The notes below the pieces were generated by a model. It worked only from the letters and a program-made list of their open reading frames with translations, was not told where the DNA came from and did not search any database. Shown here in pieces: positions 20,115 to 29,567 of a DNA stretch of 64,000 bases (position 1 is the first letter of the stretch; the number at the start of each line of letters is the position of its first letter). Source of the DNA: Gammaproteobacteria bacterium. GTDB lineage: Bacteria; Pseudomonadota; Gammaproteobacteria; JBCCGL01. The DNA lies in contig OZ255836.1 in assembly GCA_965277715.1 (NCBI GenBank), positions 2,240,001 to 2,304,000 on the forward strand. Reading direction: 5' to 3'. The translations under genes and the position numbers were made by a program.

Positions 20115-22172
20115 TTAGCTGTTTGCAGACACCAGTCTGCGCAATTGCGCTAACCGCTGTTTATAGTCCGCTGCATCAGCCTGCCTATATTCAAGCGAAT
20201 AAAACACCGTCGCAATCGCTTCGAGCTGCGCACGCTGCTGCGGTAGATCCGCCATTGCCCGCGCCAGAAATACCGCCGCCGTTTCTCCCGCATGCCGTTG
20301 AACACCTTGTTTAGCCAGCCGTTTTTGCAATTTTTCAAAACAGCGGACAGCCGCCCGTTTTTTTACCACCTGGCGGCTGCCCCCCAACAACAACACCCAT
20401 AAAGCGGCGATAACGGAAAACACCCCTAACAAACTGACAACCTGCACCAGTAAACTGCTATTGCCCAACAATTTATCCAACAAACCAACACGCTGCGATT
20501 CGCTAAACTGCACAACCCAACGCTGCCATTGGTACTCAAATGTATCCAGCCACAATTGCACGGCGCGCCACGGGGCGAAATCACTGGTACGACCCGCCAG
20601 TTCAGCAACCGCATCCGGGGTGTCGGCGAATACGTCTGAGAGGTCCTGGCGAACTCTTTCCGGTGCCACCGCCGCTGTGGGGTCGACGCGCACCCAACCA
20701 CGCTCGGGTAGCAACACCTCAGCCCAGGCGTGTGCATCCATCTGCCGAACGGTAATAAATTGTTGATCCACGTTATAGCGCCCCCCTTGATACCCCCCTA
20801 CCAGGCGCGCAGGAAGGCCCGCACTGCGCATAATAAACACAAAGGCGCTCGCGTAATGGCTACAAAACCCCTGCCGCGATTCAAACCAGAAACGATCTTG
20901 CGCTGCAGCGCCAAACAAGCGGGGGGGTTGCAACGTGTAATAAAAGTCGTTATCGCGAATATAGCTCAACACAGCCTCGACAAAATCGGCCTCAGAACCC
21001 GCACGCGCCAGCATCTCGACAGACCAGCGCCGCAATCGCTCACTGCCCGTAGGTGGCAATTGCAGCGCCTGGCCACGCTCATAGGGGCCGGGCCGGTAGC
21101 GGGAGGCTAACTGCACATTTGAACCTAGCTGGTAGCCACTCGTCGAATTGATATCGTTTATGGCGCGCAGGGTGCGAAACTGGCTAAATACGGCTTTGCG
21201 CCGATCAAAGACCACCGGGGTATCCAGCGACGGTATCCAACGCTGACCACTCGGCTGCATAATAATTTGATAGCGTTGGTCGACGTGTTGTTTCAGTATA
21301 GGGGGAATCGGCACCACCCCCAGTGCTGGCCCCAAGCGCCAGGTACTGCCATCGAATTCCTGAAAGACCAGGGCGCGCCAATACCAGTCTTCGCGGTTCG
21401 GCGGCGCGCCCTCAAACTTCACCCGAAAAGCCGGTTTGGGTGACTTGACCAATGAGGCAATATCACCCGGCGTAATTTCATCACTCAGTCCGGCACTGGC
21501 CTGGCTCTGTTGTGGCATCGACCACAATGGCGGGATGCGCGGTATGATAAAAAACAATAATACAGCCAGTGGCGCGCTCAACAGCATCATACCTGCCGCT
21601 GTTTTCAGTGGTTTTTTCAACGCGCTTTTCAGTGTGGTCTGCGCCGTCTGATGTGCGCTAACGGAGCAGGCAGTCAAGGCCATAACAGCGACCAGCGTGT
21701 AGAGCGTTTGCCACGGTGTTTGTGAGTAGATAAAGTGCGCCGCACTGAGAAAGTAGCCAACACAGACCAGCATCAGGGTATCGCGTCGACTCCAAGTCTC
21801 GACGATTTTCAACACAAACCCCAATAACACAATGGCCACCATGCTATCGATGGTGTATTTCACATAGCCGGAAGCGTAAAGACCCAACAGCCCGGCGCAG
21901 ACCAACAGATACACAACCACCGCACGGGGTTTAACCTCACCGCGCCGCAAAGCACGCGCACGCCACGCCAGACACGCTGCCAGCAAGGCAATTAACCACA
22001 GGGGGTGCGAGTCGACAAACGGTGCAATCACCAGTGTCTGGCAAACCAACAACCACATCAAGGTGCCCCGGTGCATGGCGTTCAACACATTGACCTGGGC
22101 GGTGGCTGGATGGGTAGCGGCAGATAAGCCAGAAACAAGGCGCCTAAGCAAAATGTGGCTCCTGTTGACCAT
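20115..22172 (-). CDS. DUF3488 + transglutaminase-like membrane protein (TgpA type)
   Basis: Multiple TM helices, GFCSHYASAF, AHAWAEV, GWVRVDPT catalytic triad motifs. Confidence 0.92.
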   Translation of the reverse strand: MVNRSHILLRRLVSGLSAATHPATAQVNVLNAMHRGTLMWLLVCQTLVIAPFVDSHPLWLIALLAACLAWRARALRRGEVKPRAVVVYLLVCAGLLGLYASGYVKYTIDSMVAIVLLGFVLKIVETWSRRDTLMLVCVGYFLSAAHFIYSQTPWQTLYTLVAVMALTACSVSAHQTAQTTLKSALKKPLKTAAGMMLLSAPLAVLLFFIIPRIPPLWSMPQQSQASAGLSDEITPGDIASLVKSPKPAFRVKFEGAPPNREDWYWRALVFQEFDGSTWRLGPALGVVPIPPILKQHVDQRYQIIMQPSGQRWIPSLDTPVVFDRRKAVFSQFRTLRAINDINSTSGYQLGSNVQLASRYRPGPYERGQALQLPPTGSERLRRWSVEMLARAGSEADFVEAVLSYIRDNDFYYTLQPPRLFGAAAQDRFWFESRQGFCSHYASAFVFIMRSAGLPARLVGGYQGGRYNVDQQFITVRQMDAHAWAEVLLPERGWVRVDPTAAVAPERVRQDLSDVFADTPDAVAELAGRTSDFAPWRAVQLWLDTFEYQWQRWVVQFSESQRVGLLDKLLGNSSLLVQVVSLLGVFSVIAALWVLLLGGSRQVVKKRAAVRCFEKLQKRLAKQGVQRHAGETAAVFLARAMADLPQQRAQLEAIATVFYSLEYRQADAADYKQRLAQLRRLVSANS

Positions 22173-23121
22173 AAGCGCCCAGCGCGATCAGACAACGGTT
22201 TTTATGCGCCTCACCCTTATCGGCAGGCAGTTGCTCACCGGGCAACAGCAAACCATAAGACAGACCCGCCTGTGCCATTTTCTCAACCAGAAACACCATG
22301 TATTGCAGGCGTTGCTCCACGGGCAACACCTTGTAATCATCCCAGCGGATCCATTCATCCTGCGCCACCGGATCAACGAAATGTTTAACCTGCAAGGCAC
22401 CACCACGGCTCGAAGCGGGCCAGTGCACGCGGGATATTCTGTCACCGGGCACATAGTGGCGCAGCGCATCAAAATCGCTTACCCCCGGCACACTGTGCGT
22501 GCTCGACCCACCGGCGACGACACCATCGGTCTGCGCGAGAATGTCGGCATCGACAGGTTGGGGCCAGGCGAGCGCGTAGTGGCTGAGGTAAGCATAACTC
22601 CAGGTGCGGGCAATACCCAGTGGGTAAACACTGCGCAAATTAATCCGGGGAATGACCACAAACCCACGGCGCTCGACCGGCAGGCTAAGAGTCAGCGTTT
22701 GGCTGGGGGCTTCATCCAGGTCAACACGCTGTAAAACCGCCCCTCCCTCCAGCGACACGTCAATAGCATGGCGTGCACGGGCATTGCTGCGCGTGACTTC
22801 AATCACAAACTCAACCGATTCACCGACCGCAGCATTCCTGCTGCTAACACAGCGTACAGATACCCCGGAGAGATTGTGGTGGGTGTAGTACAAATTGAGA
22901 ATCGTTAGGCTCAGTATCCAGAAAAATATACCGAATACCAACGCATTCTGGTAGTTAATCGCCAACACAAAGATAAATATCAGAAAAAAAAACAGCGTGA
23001 CCCCAATACGATTGGGCAGGATATACAGCGAATGTCGATTGCTGGTGAACACGGCACAGCGCGGGTGGCGCCGGGCAATCCACGCCGACTGACGCTGGCG
23101 CCACCGCTCACCTAAGGTCAT
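22144..23121 (-). CDS. DUF58 domain protein
   Basis: YPLGI, LRHYVPGD, VHW; lies between MoxR and the transglutaminase. Confidence 0.9.
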   Translation of the reverse strand: MTLGERWRQRQSAWIARRHPRCAVFTSNRHSLYILPNRIGVTLFFFLIFIFVLAINYQNALVFGIFFWILSLTILNLYYTHHNLSGVSVRCVSSRNAAVGESVEFVIEVTRSNARARHAIDVSLEGGAVLQRVDLDEAPSQTLTLSLPVERRGFVVIPRINLRSVYPLGIARTWSYAYLSHYALAWPQPVDADILAQTDGVVAGGSSTHSVPGVSDFDALRHYVPGDRISRVHWPASSRGGALQVKHFVDPVAQDEWIRWDDYKVLPVEQRLQYMVFLVEKMAQAGLSYGLLLPGEQLPADKGEAHKNRCLIALGAYGQQEPHFA

Positions 23122-24026
23122 TGAATCACATCAACTTCCGCGAGCAGCCGTTGCGCGGCCACTTCACCGGAAACACCATTGCCAACCAGCCTATGGCCTG
23201 CCACCGCGACAAACACCGCCTGAACATCCTCTGGTACCACATGATCGCGATCAGCGAGGGTCGCCCACGCCTGCGCGGCGCGCACCAGATACATAGCGGC
23301 CCGTGGCGACAGGCCGAGGTCACAATAACTGGGGTCGCGACTGGCTGCGGTTAGACGCTGCACATAATCGAGCAGGGAATCGCTTAAATGAACCGTTGGC
23401 ACAACCGACTGCAAATCGACAAACGCCTCTGCCGTCAGCAGAGTAGGCAAAACATCCAACGCGCTACGGCCCGACGCCCCCTGGAGCAAAATACGCTCGG
23501 CAACGGCGTCTGGGTAGCCCAGTGAAAGCCGCATCAAAAACCGATCCAACTGTGATTCCGGCAACGGGTAAGTACCACTTTGATGGCCGGGGTTTTGCGT
23601 GGCAATAACAAAAAAGGGCACGGGCAGTGCATGGTTTTCACCGTCGGCACTCACCTGACTCTCCTCCATCGCCTGCAACAGCGCGCTCTGCGCCTTTGGT
23701 GTTGCGCGGTTGAGCTCATCCGCCAGTAACACCTGGCAAAACACCGGCCCGGGGTGAAAGTGAAACACACCACGGTGTTGTTCATACATCATTGCGCCAG
23801 TAATATCAGCGGGCAAAATATCGCTGGTAAACTGTACGCGGTTATGTGACAGGCCCAAAACCTTCGCCAGACCTTGAGAAAGCGTCGTTTTACCCATCCC
23901 CGGTAAATCTTCCAACAGCAGATGGCCTCGCGCCAACATACAACAAATAGCCAGACGCAATACACGCCTTTTACCCAGAATAACGTTATCCAGAGATGCC
24001 AATAAAGGATCGAAGTGGTTTTTCAT
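23118..24026 (-). CDS. MoxR family AAA+ ATPase
   Basis: EDLPGMGKT, QFTSDILPAD, DELNRATPK, ATQNP, LPESQLDRF. Confidence 0.95.
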   Translation of the reverse strand: MKNHFDPLLASLDNVILGKRRVLRLAICCMLARGHLLLEDLPGMGKTTLSQGLAKVLGLSHNRVQFTSDILPADITGAMMYEQHRGVFHFHPGPVFCQVLLADELNRATPKAQSALLQAMEESQVSADGENHALPVPFFVIATQNPGHQSGTYPLPESQLDRFLMRLSLGYPDAVAERILLQGASGRSALDVLPTLLTAEAFVDLQSVVPTVHLSDSLLDYVQRLTAASRDPSYCDLGLSPRAAMYLVRAAQAWATLADRDHVVPEDVQAVFVAVAGHRLVGNGVSGEVAAQRLLAEVDVIQ

Positions 24027-24173
24027 AGTTTTTTTATTCGGTAATCCAGTGTCAGGAGTGCGTTGAAGCGGCAGTATTGACCATGGTCAATACGTACAGT
24101 TCCATCATACCCAAAGCCAGCACACTAAAAACGGGGTTGTCTTCAGCGCAGTTACATTACACATGCGGATTAT

Positions 24174-24348
24174 CCTAAATTCCGCAGTTGAATCGTAGCG
24201 AGGGCGTCTAAGGTGCTGAAGATGAAGTGTTTTTACCAGCATTTTAGCAACCCTGTAGTGATTCTACAGGTGAAGCTGAAATGCTGGTAAAAGCGCTTTA
24301 GATTCAGTGCAGTAGGTGGTCGCAGTAGATTCAACTGAGGAATTTAGG
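24174..24348 (+). mobile_element. Full-length family A MITE (175 bp)
   Basis: Terminal inverted repeats cctaaattccgcagttgaatc / gattcaactgaggaatttagg; internal long palindrome; AT on both flanks. Confidence 0.9.
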
Positions 24349-24381
24349 ATTATATTGATGACCAGCAACAATCCACAGAGA

Positions 24382-24580
24382 CAGTTGGCGTACGACTGTA
24401 TGGACACAGGAGATAGAGCAACGCAGGAGCAGTTGCCGACGACTGTATGGACACAGGAGATAGAGCAACGCAGGAGCAGTTGCCGACGACTGTATGGATA
24501 CAGGAGATAGAGCAACGCAGGAGCAGTTGGCGTACGACTGTATGGATACAGGAGGTAGAGCAACGCAGGAGCAGTTGCCG
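24382..24580. repeat. Tandem array of a 47-48-bp unit, four copies plus a partial copy
   Basis: acgactgtatggaYacaggagRtagagcaacgcaggagcagttg(ccg/gcgt) starting at 24392, 24439, 24486 and 24534; no spacers. Confidence 0.95.
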
Positions 24581-24758
24581 ACACCTCTGTTGATTAGCAA
24601 GGTATTCTCACCACCTGTACCTGACTCACTTGCAGGCAGAAAGAAGCTCAGGCTAGTCAAGGTGATATATGAGCCTGGTTAAGCGTCACTTGCAGTGCGT
24701 ATACTCCCCCCAAAACTTGAATTGATTCATATAGAATGTCATTACCTGGGGAAAAAAT

Positions 24759-24900
24759 ATGAACCAACCGGCAAGCAATACAGGTATTAGTCGTAAAAGG
24801 TTATATACAGCATTACCCTCTGATGGCAGCCCTACTTTTGCTATCGTAACCAAAGCACTTGGCTTTAAATTGTCAGCCCAACCACTGGCCCCTGCCTACT
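24759..24900 (+). pseudogene. Remnant of an addiction-module antidote (HTH antitoxin)
   Basis: MNQPASNTGISRKRLYTALPSDGSPTFAIVTKALGFKLSAQP resembles the C-terminal half of HI1420-type antidote proteins. Confidence 0.6.
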
Positions 24901-24930
24901 TAAAGATGCCGGAAAAAGAGAAAATAAACA

Positions 24931-25470
24931 ATGACCACCACACTACCCGTAGCACAACTGGGCGACCCGGTTATCCGCACCATCGCCACCCCCGTCAACG
25001 ACATCGCCAGCAAGGAAACACAGGCATTTATCGACAACCTCATGCAAACCTGCAGCGACGCCAATGGCATGGGCATCGCCGCCCCACAGGTATCCCATTC
25101 ACAGCGTATTTTTATTGTCGCCTCCCGCCCCAACGCCCGCTACCCTTATGCACCACATATGCAGGCAACAGCGGTTATCAACCCGCAGATCACCTGGAAA
25201 TCAGCGGAAACCGAGAAGGATTGGGAGGGCTGTCTAAGCCTGCCAGGTGTACGTGCATTAGTGCCCCGGCACACACACATCACCGTTAAATACACCGCAC
25301 GCGACGGCACCGCTGTCGAATCTGATTATGATGGGTTTATCGCCCGTGTCTTCCAACACGAGTACGACCACCTCGATGGCAAAGTATTTATCGACCGGGT
25401 TGAAACCACTCAGGATATTGTAATGGAGCAAGCCTGGCAGCGTATTATCGCCAACAGGCAGCCGCTCTAG
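24931..25470 (+). CDS. def: Peptide deformylase
   Basis: GMGIAAPQV, EGCLS, QHEYDHLDG. Confidence 0.95.
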   Translation: MTTTLPVAQLGDPVIRTIATPVNDIASKETQAFIDNLMQTCSDANGMGIAAPQVSHSQRIFIVASRPNARYPYAPHMQATAVINPQITWKSAETEKDWEGCLSLPGVRALVPRHTHITVKYTARDGTAVESDYDGFIARVFQHEYDHLDGKVFIDRVETTQDIVMEQAWQRIIANRQPL

Positions 25471-25956
25471 CCTTGGGACACAATCACTATCTCACCACCC
25501 TTATTCAGCGACACGTTTTGCCCGGCACGCAAGGCATCAACCGGCGCCTCGACGATGGGAATCATTGGCCAACCCATTTCTTCAGCAACCACCTCACCCA
25601 AACAGAGTATCGCATCACGATCACCGAGAATCACAGCCCTTGGTGCCAGGCCAGCGTAATACGCGACGTCTCTGCATCGACACCGCCCCAAAAGCTGATC
25701 GGCGCATCGAGCTTGAATACACGCCCCTGCGCGCCCCCTAATCCGCCTCCTGGCGTCAACACATTACCTTGAATCTAAATTCCGCAGTTGAATCGTAGCG
25801 AGGGCGTCTAAGGTGCTGAAGATGAAGTATTTTTACCCGCATTTTAGCCATCCTGTCGTCATTCTACAGGTAAAGCTGAAATACTGGTTAAAGCGCTTTA
25901 GATTCTGTGCATTAGGTAGTCGCAGTAGATTCAACTGAGGAATTTAGGATAACCAT
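25467..25956 (-). pseudogene. Aconitase X swivel-domain (DUF126-like) pseudogene, MITE-interrupted and internally deleted
   Basis: QGNVLTPG...LDAPISFWGGVDAE in one frame and AGLAPRAVILGDRDAILCLG...IPIV in another; ATG at 25956 lies beyond the MITE. Confidence 0.65.
25775..25948 (+). mobile_element. Full-length family A MITE, second copy
   Basis: Colinear with and highly similar to 24174-24348; same terminal inverted repeats. Confidence 0.9.
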
Positions 25957-26038
25957 AAGATCACCAAAGCTAAACTTATTGAAACGAATAACGCATCAAT
26001 TCAAAATCGACGATGTGCCAGCCCACATAAAAAATCCA

Positions 26039-26066
26039 ATAAAAAAACCCGCAAAATGCGGGTTTT
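26039..26066 (-). terminator. Intrinsic terminator after rplM-rpsI-tRNA-Gln
   Basis: aaaacccgca-aaa-tgcgggtttt stem with an A-run on the + strand (U-tract on the - strand). Confidence 0.85.
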
Positions 26067-26070
26067 AAAA

Positions 26071-26144
26071 TGGCTGGGGGAGAGGGATTTGAACCCCCGT
26101 TGACGGAGTCAGAGTCCGTAGTCCTGCCGCTAGACGATCCCCCA
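26071..26144 (-). tRNA. tRNA-Gln (CTG)
   Basis: TGGGGGATCGTCTAGCGGCAGGACTACGGACT-CTG-ACTCCGTCAACGGGGGTTCAAATCCCTCTCCCCCAGCCA; cloverleaf with encoded CCA. Confidence 0.97.
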
Positions 26145-26186
26145 AAAGGGAACGCGAGACCGCCAATATACGCGGCCTCGCTGCAA

Positions 26187-26579
26187 TTAGCGTTTCGAGA
26201 ACTGAGTAGCGCGGCGCGCTTTACGCAGCCCGACTTTCTTACGTTCCACCGCACGTGCATCACGTGTCAAAAAACCTGCCTGGCGCAATGGCGAACGCAT
26301 TTCCTCGTCATAACGCACCAAAGCACGTGCGATGCCATGACGTACAGCGCCCGCCTGGCCGCTACCGCCGCCGCCACTGACAGTGACATGGAAGTCAAAC
26401 CTGTCCAATGATTCAACCGTTTCCAACGGTTGTGTAATCACCATTCGCGCCGTTTGGCGATTGAAATACTCATCCAGCGGGCGATTGTTAACGACAATAG
26501 CGCCAGAACCGGATTTCATAAATACGCGTGCACTTGACGTTTTACGTCGACCCGTTGCGTAGTACTGTTGATCTGCCAT
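26187..26579 (-). CDS. rpsI: 30S ribosomal protein S9
   Basis: [46 protein letters not shown]. Confidence 0.99.
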   Translation of the reverse strand: MADQQYYATGRRKTSSARVFMKSGSGAIVVNNRPLDEYFNRQTARMVITQPLETVESLDRFDFHVTVSGGGGSGQAGAVRHGIARALVRYDEEMRSPLRQAGFLTRDARAVERKKVGLRKARRATQFSKR

Positions 26580-26636
26580 AGTTGTTCTCAGAATTGTGCT
26601 CTGTTTTCCCAAGGGGTGCAGAGGTGAATGTAAGGG

Positions 26637-27065
26637 CTAAATTTCCAGCAGTTCAGGCTGCTGTGCGCTATGCTGGTGTTCTGCTCCGGCATACACTTTC
26701 AGCTTGCGGTACATATCACGCCCCAGTGCATTTTTTGGCAACATGCCTTTCACAGCCCGTTCAATAATGCGCTCAGGCGCTTTGTCACGCAGCTTGCCAA
26801 GGCTGATCGATTTTAAATTGCCAATAAAGCCCGTGTGGTGGTAGTAAATCTTGTCCTGTTCTTTGTTGCCGGTAACGCGCACTTTGGCCGCGTTGACGAC
26901 GACAATATAATCACCTGTATCGACATGTGGAGTGTATTCTGGCTTGTGTTTACCACGTAAGCGGCGGGCGATCTCTGTCGACAAACGACCGAGGGTTTTG
27001 TTTTCGGCATCTACCACATACCATTTGCGACGCACTTCCGCTGGTTTAGTGCTTAAGGTCTTCAT
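26637..27065 (-). CDS. rplM: 50S ribosomal protein L13
   Basis: [32 protein letters not shown]. Confidence 0.99.
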   Translation of the reverse strand: MKTLSTKPAEVRRKWYVVDAENKTLGRLSTEIARRLRGKHKPEYTPHVDTGDYIVVVNAAKVRVTGNKEQDKIYYHHTGFIGNLKSISLGKLRDKAPERIIERAVKGMLPKNALGRDMYRKLKVYAGAEHQHSAQQPELLEI

Positions 27066-27238
27066 TCAATCACTCCGGCCATTGGCCTGACCTGTCCAGG
27101 AAAACCGGACCAATAAAAAAGCGGGAATTCTATGCCAGTGCGCACCAGGAAACAACTACAATTCAAGCTATTGTAGATATAATGTAAAAATAACCGACAG
27201 AGTAGCTAAAAAGCTTGCATATAAGCTTACAGACTGGT

Positions 27239-27315
27239 AAAAAAAGGCGCGGTCGCCGTAGTGAGCCGCGCCTAAACCACCAAAGGAGGATGGAGGAGGA
27301 AAAGAGGTACAAATA
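27239..27315 (-). ncRNA. Candidate anti-SD (CCUCC-rich) small RNA with intrinsic terminator
   Basis: Minus strand UUCCUCCUCCAUCCUCCUUUGGUGGUUU, then stem AGGCGCGG...CCGCGCCU and U-tract; 5' end unknown. Confidence 0.55.
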
Positions 27316-27472
27316 ACCGAGTATAAAATAGTAGACTACTTACATAATAAAAAGTGCCCGATAACTCCGATATAACAACAATATAATAATAACGACATAA
27401 CAATAAAAACTTGCAACGTGTCACTTCGCGAAGAACGATTAACACGCAAGGGGCGAAAGCCCCTTTTTCTTT
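27315..27472 (+). ncRNA. Candidate A-rich, CrcZ-like (Hfq-binding) small RNA
   Basis: Four AANAANAA motifs (27346, 27374, 27385, 27399) followed by terminator aggggc-gaaa-gcccct-ttttcttt; no ORF in the track; 5' end unknown. Confidence 0.45.
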
Positions 27473-27559
27473 GCCTGTTACACTGACTGCCTACCAGTAA
27501 ACATTCGTACTAACCACTGTATCGACAATTTTTTGTCAGACTTTAATCAATAGCTAAAC

Positions 27560-27994
27560 TTACACACTATTCGTGCCAACATCGACTATTTCATAGCTAT
27601 GGCGCAGCTCGGCGGTTTTTTCCAGCATATGTGAGACCGAGCAGTATTTATCGCAAGAGAGGGAAACCGCTCTGGCAACGTGTTTCTCAGAGAGTCCGCT
27701 ACCGTAAATCACATAATTAAGCTGAATATGGGTAAATACCCTGGGAATCTGTTCCGAGCGCTGCGCCTCAAGGTGAACTTCACAATCAACCACCGGCTGC
27801 CGGGCTTTTTTCAAAATACTCACAACATCAAAAGCCGAACACCCTCCGAGACCCAGCAACACCATTTCCATAGGGCGAACACCCAAATCGCGCCCACCCG
27901 TCTCAGGGGCACCGTCCATCACCACTGAATGACCACTGCCGGACTCACCGACAAACGTCATATTATCCAGCCACTTTACCCTTGCACGCATCAC
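27560..27994 (-). CDS. OsmC family protein (YhfA-like)
   Basis: RPMEMVLLGLGGC, KYCSVS; divergent from crp. Confidence 0.92.
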   Translation of the reverse strand: MMRARVKWLDNMTFVGESGSGHSVVMDGAPETGGRDLGVRPMEMVLLGLGGCSAFDVVSILKKARQPVVDCEVHLEAQRSEQIPRVFTHIQLNYVIYGSGLSEKHVARAVSLSCDKYCSVSHMLEKTAELRHSYEIVDVGTNSV

Positions 27995-28116
27995 TCAACC
28001 CTCAATTATCACACCATTTAAAAAAATCTCAGCGTGCACTCATCGCAAAAAATGCTTATAGTCAAACATATTGACTACCATAGCAAAATACCAGTGCAAC
28101 CTGGAAACGTAAAAGT

Positions 28117-28755
28117 ATGCTGCCACCCAGAAACCCACCCACCACTATAAAATGGCTTGAAACGTTCCTAAAACACAGCCATACCAGGCAGTATGCTGCC
28201 AAAACCACTATTATCAACCACGGCCATAAACCGGATACCCTGTACTACATCATTGATGGTTCGGTGAGTGTAGTGGTCGAGGATAACGATGGCCGTGAAA
28301 TGGTTCTGGCTTACCTCAATAAAGGCGATTTCTTCGGCGAGCTGGGGTTATTTGATGAAGAGTACGACCGCAGTGCCTGGGTCGTCGCCAGAAGCAAAGT
28401 CGAGCTGGCCGAAATCAACTACGAGCAGTTTAAACAACTCGCCCACAAGGCACCGGATATCCTTTTCGCGCTTACCGCACAAATTGCCTCGCGTTTGCGC
28501 AGGACCAGCACAAAAGTACGCGACCTGGTATTTGTCGATGTTTCAGGCCGAATAGCCGCCACACTGATCGACCTCACCCGACAGCCCGATGCGATGACCC
28601 ACCCCGATGGTATGCAAATTCGTATTACACGCCAGGAAATCGCCCGCATTGTCGGCTGCTCACGTGAAATGGCCGGCAGGGTATTAAAGGAACTGGAGGA
28701 GCGCGGCCTGATTACTGCCCGGGGCAAAACCATTGTGGTCTTCGGCACCCGTTGA
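28117..28755 (+). CDS. crp: cAMP receptor protein (Crp/Vfr)
   Basis: [49 protein letters not shown]. Confidence 0.96.
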   Translation: MLPPRNPPTTIKWLETFLKHSHTRQYAAKTTIINHGHKPDTLYYIIDGSVSVVVEDNDGREMVLAYLNKGDFFGELGLFDEEYDRSAWVVARSKVELAEINYEQFKQLAHKAPDILFALTAQIASRLRRTSTKVRDLVFVDVSGRIAATLIDLTRQPDAMTHPDGMQIRITRQEIARIVGCSREMAGRVLKELEERGLITARGKTIVVFGTR

Positions 28756-28766
28756 TTGGTTGCCTT

Positions 28767-29567
28767 CTACGCTGCAAACAATGCCACGAGTGCTGCGCCG
28801 GGATCATCCGCCCGCATAAACGCCTCACCAACCAAAAACGCGTTGACGCCACCCTCGCGCATCCGCCGCACATTGTCACGTGTGTGAATACCACTCTCGG
28901 TAACCAATAACACATCGTCTGGCACCATCGATAGCATATTGAGCGTAGTATTGAGGCTAACCTCAAACGTGCGCAAATTGCGGTTATTGATGCCGATTAA
29001 CGACGCACCCAGTTCGAGCGCACGCTGCATTTCCTCACGGTCGTGTACCTCTACCAACACATCCATTTGCAGATGCTGCGCCAAGCCAAATAGCTCGGCC
29101 AATGTTGCATCACCCAGCGCGGACACAATCAGCAGGATACAGTCGGCCCCAATACTGCGCGCCTCGTAAACCTGATAGGCATCGATGATAAAATCCTTGC
29201 GAATCACCGGCAGACTACAGGCACTGCGCGCCTGTTGTAAATACGCTTCACTGCCCTGAAAGAAATCCCGGTCGGTCAATACCGACAGACACGTTGCCCC
29301 CCCTGTAGCATAGCTCGCAGCAATGGCCGCAGGGTCAAAATTATGACGCAAGACCCCTTTGCTCGGTGAGGCTTTTTTGACTTCGCCGATAACCGCCGCC
29401 TGCCCGGCGTCGACAGTGGCCTGTAGGCACTGGGCAAACCCCCGCACCGGATCGGCCCGCTCGGCTTTTTTACTCATGTCGCGTAAATTGACGCACTCGC
29501 AGCGTGCGTGAATCTCCTCAACTTTACGGGCGATAATCTTCTTGAGTATATCCGGGGTATCGCTCAC
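28767..29567 (-). CDS. trpC: Indole-3-glycerol phosphate synthase
   Basis: [35 protein letters not shown]. Confidence 0.97.
   Translation of the reverse strand: MSDTPDILKKIIARKVEEIHARCECVNLRDMSKKAERADPVRGFAQCLQATVDAGQAAVIGEVKKASPSKGVLRHNFDPAAIAASYATGGATCLSVLTDRDFFQGSEAYLQQARSACSLPVIRKDFIIDAYQVYEARSIGADCILLIVSALGDATLAELFGLAQHLQMDVLVEVHDREEMQRALELGASLIGINNRNLRTFEVSLNTTLNMLSMVPDDVLLVTESGIHTRDNVRRMREGGVNAFLVGEAFMRADDPGAALVALFAA

Noticed and set aside
22700-22710. att-site duplication of the tRNA-Gln 3' end
   Set aside because: Only about 10 bp match, it lies inside the intact DUF58 CDS, and no integrase is present
20115-24026. MoxR-DUF58-transglutaminase as a novel system
   Set aside because: This is a widespread, already described three-gene arrangement
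24382-24580. CRISPR array
   Set aside because: The units are directly adjacent with no unique spacers, and no cas genes are in the window
24264-24682. Small ORFs spanning the tandem array
   Set aside because: They are translations of the repeat in several frames on both strands, with no independent coding evidence
24174-25948. Composite transposon of two family A MITEs carrying def
   Set aside because: The second copy is better explained as an independent insertion into the acnX-swivel gene, and each copy has its own AT flanks
27200-27222. Sigma-54 promoter for the CrcZ-like RNA
   Set aside because: tagctaaaaagcttgc lacks the GG at -24 and has the wrong spacing
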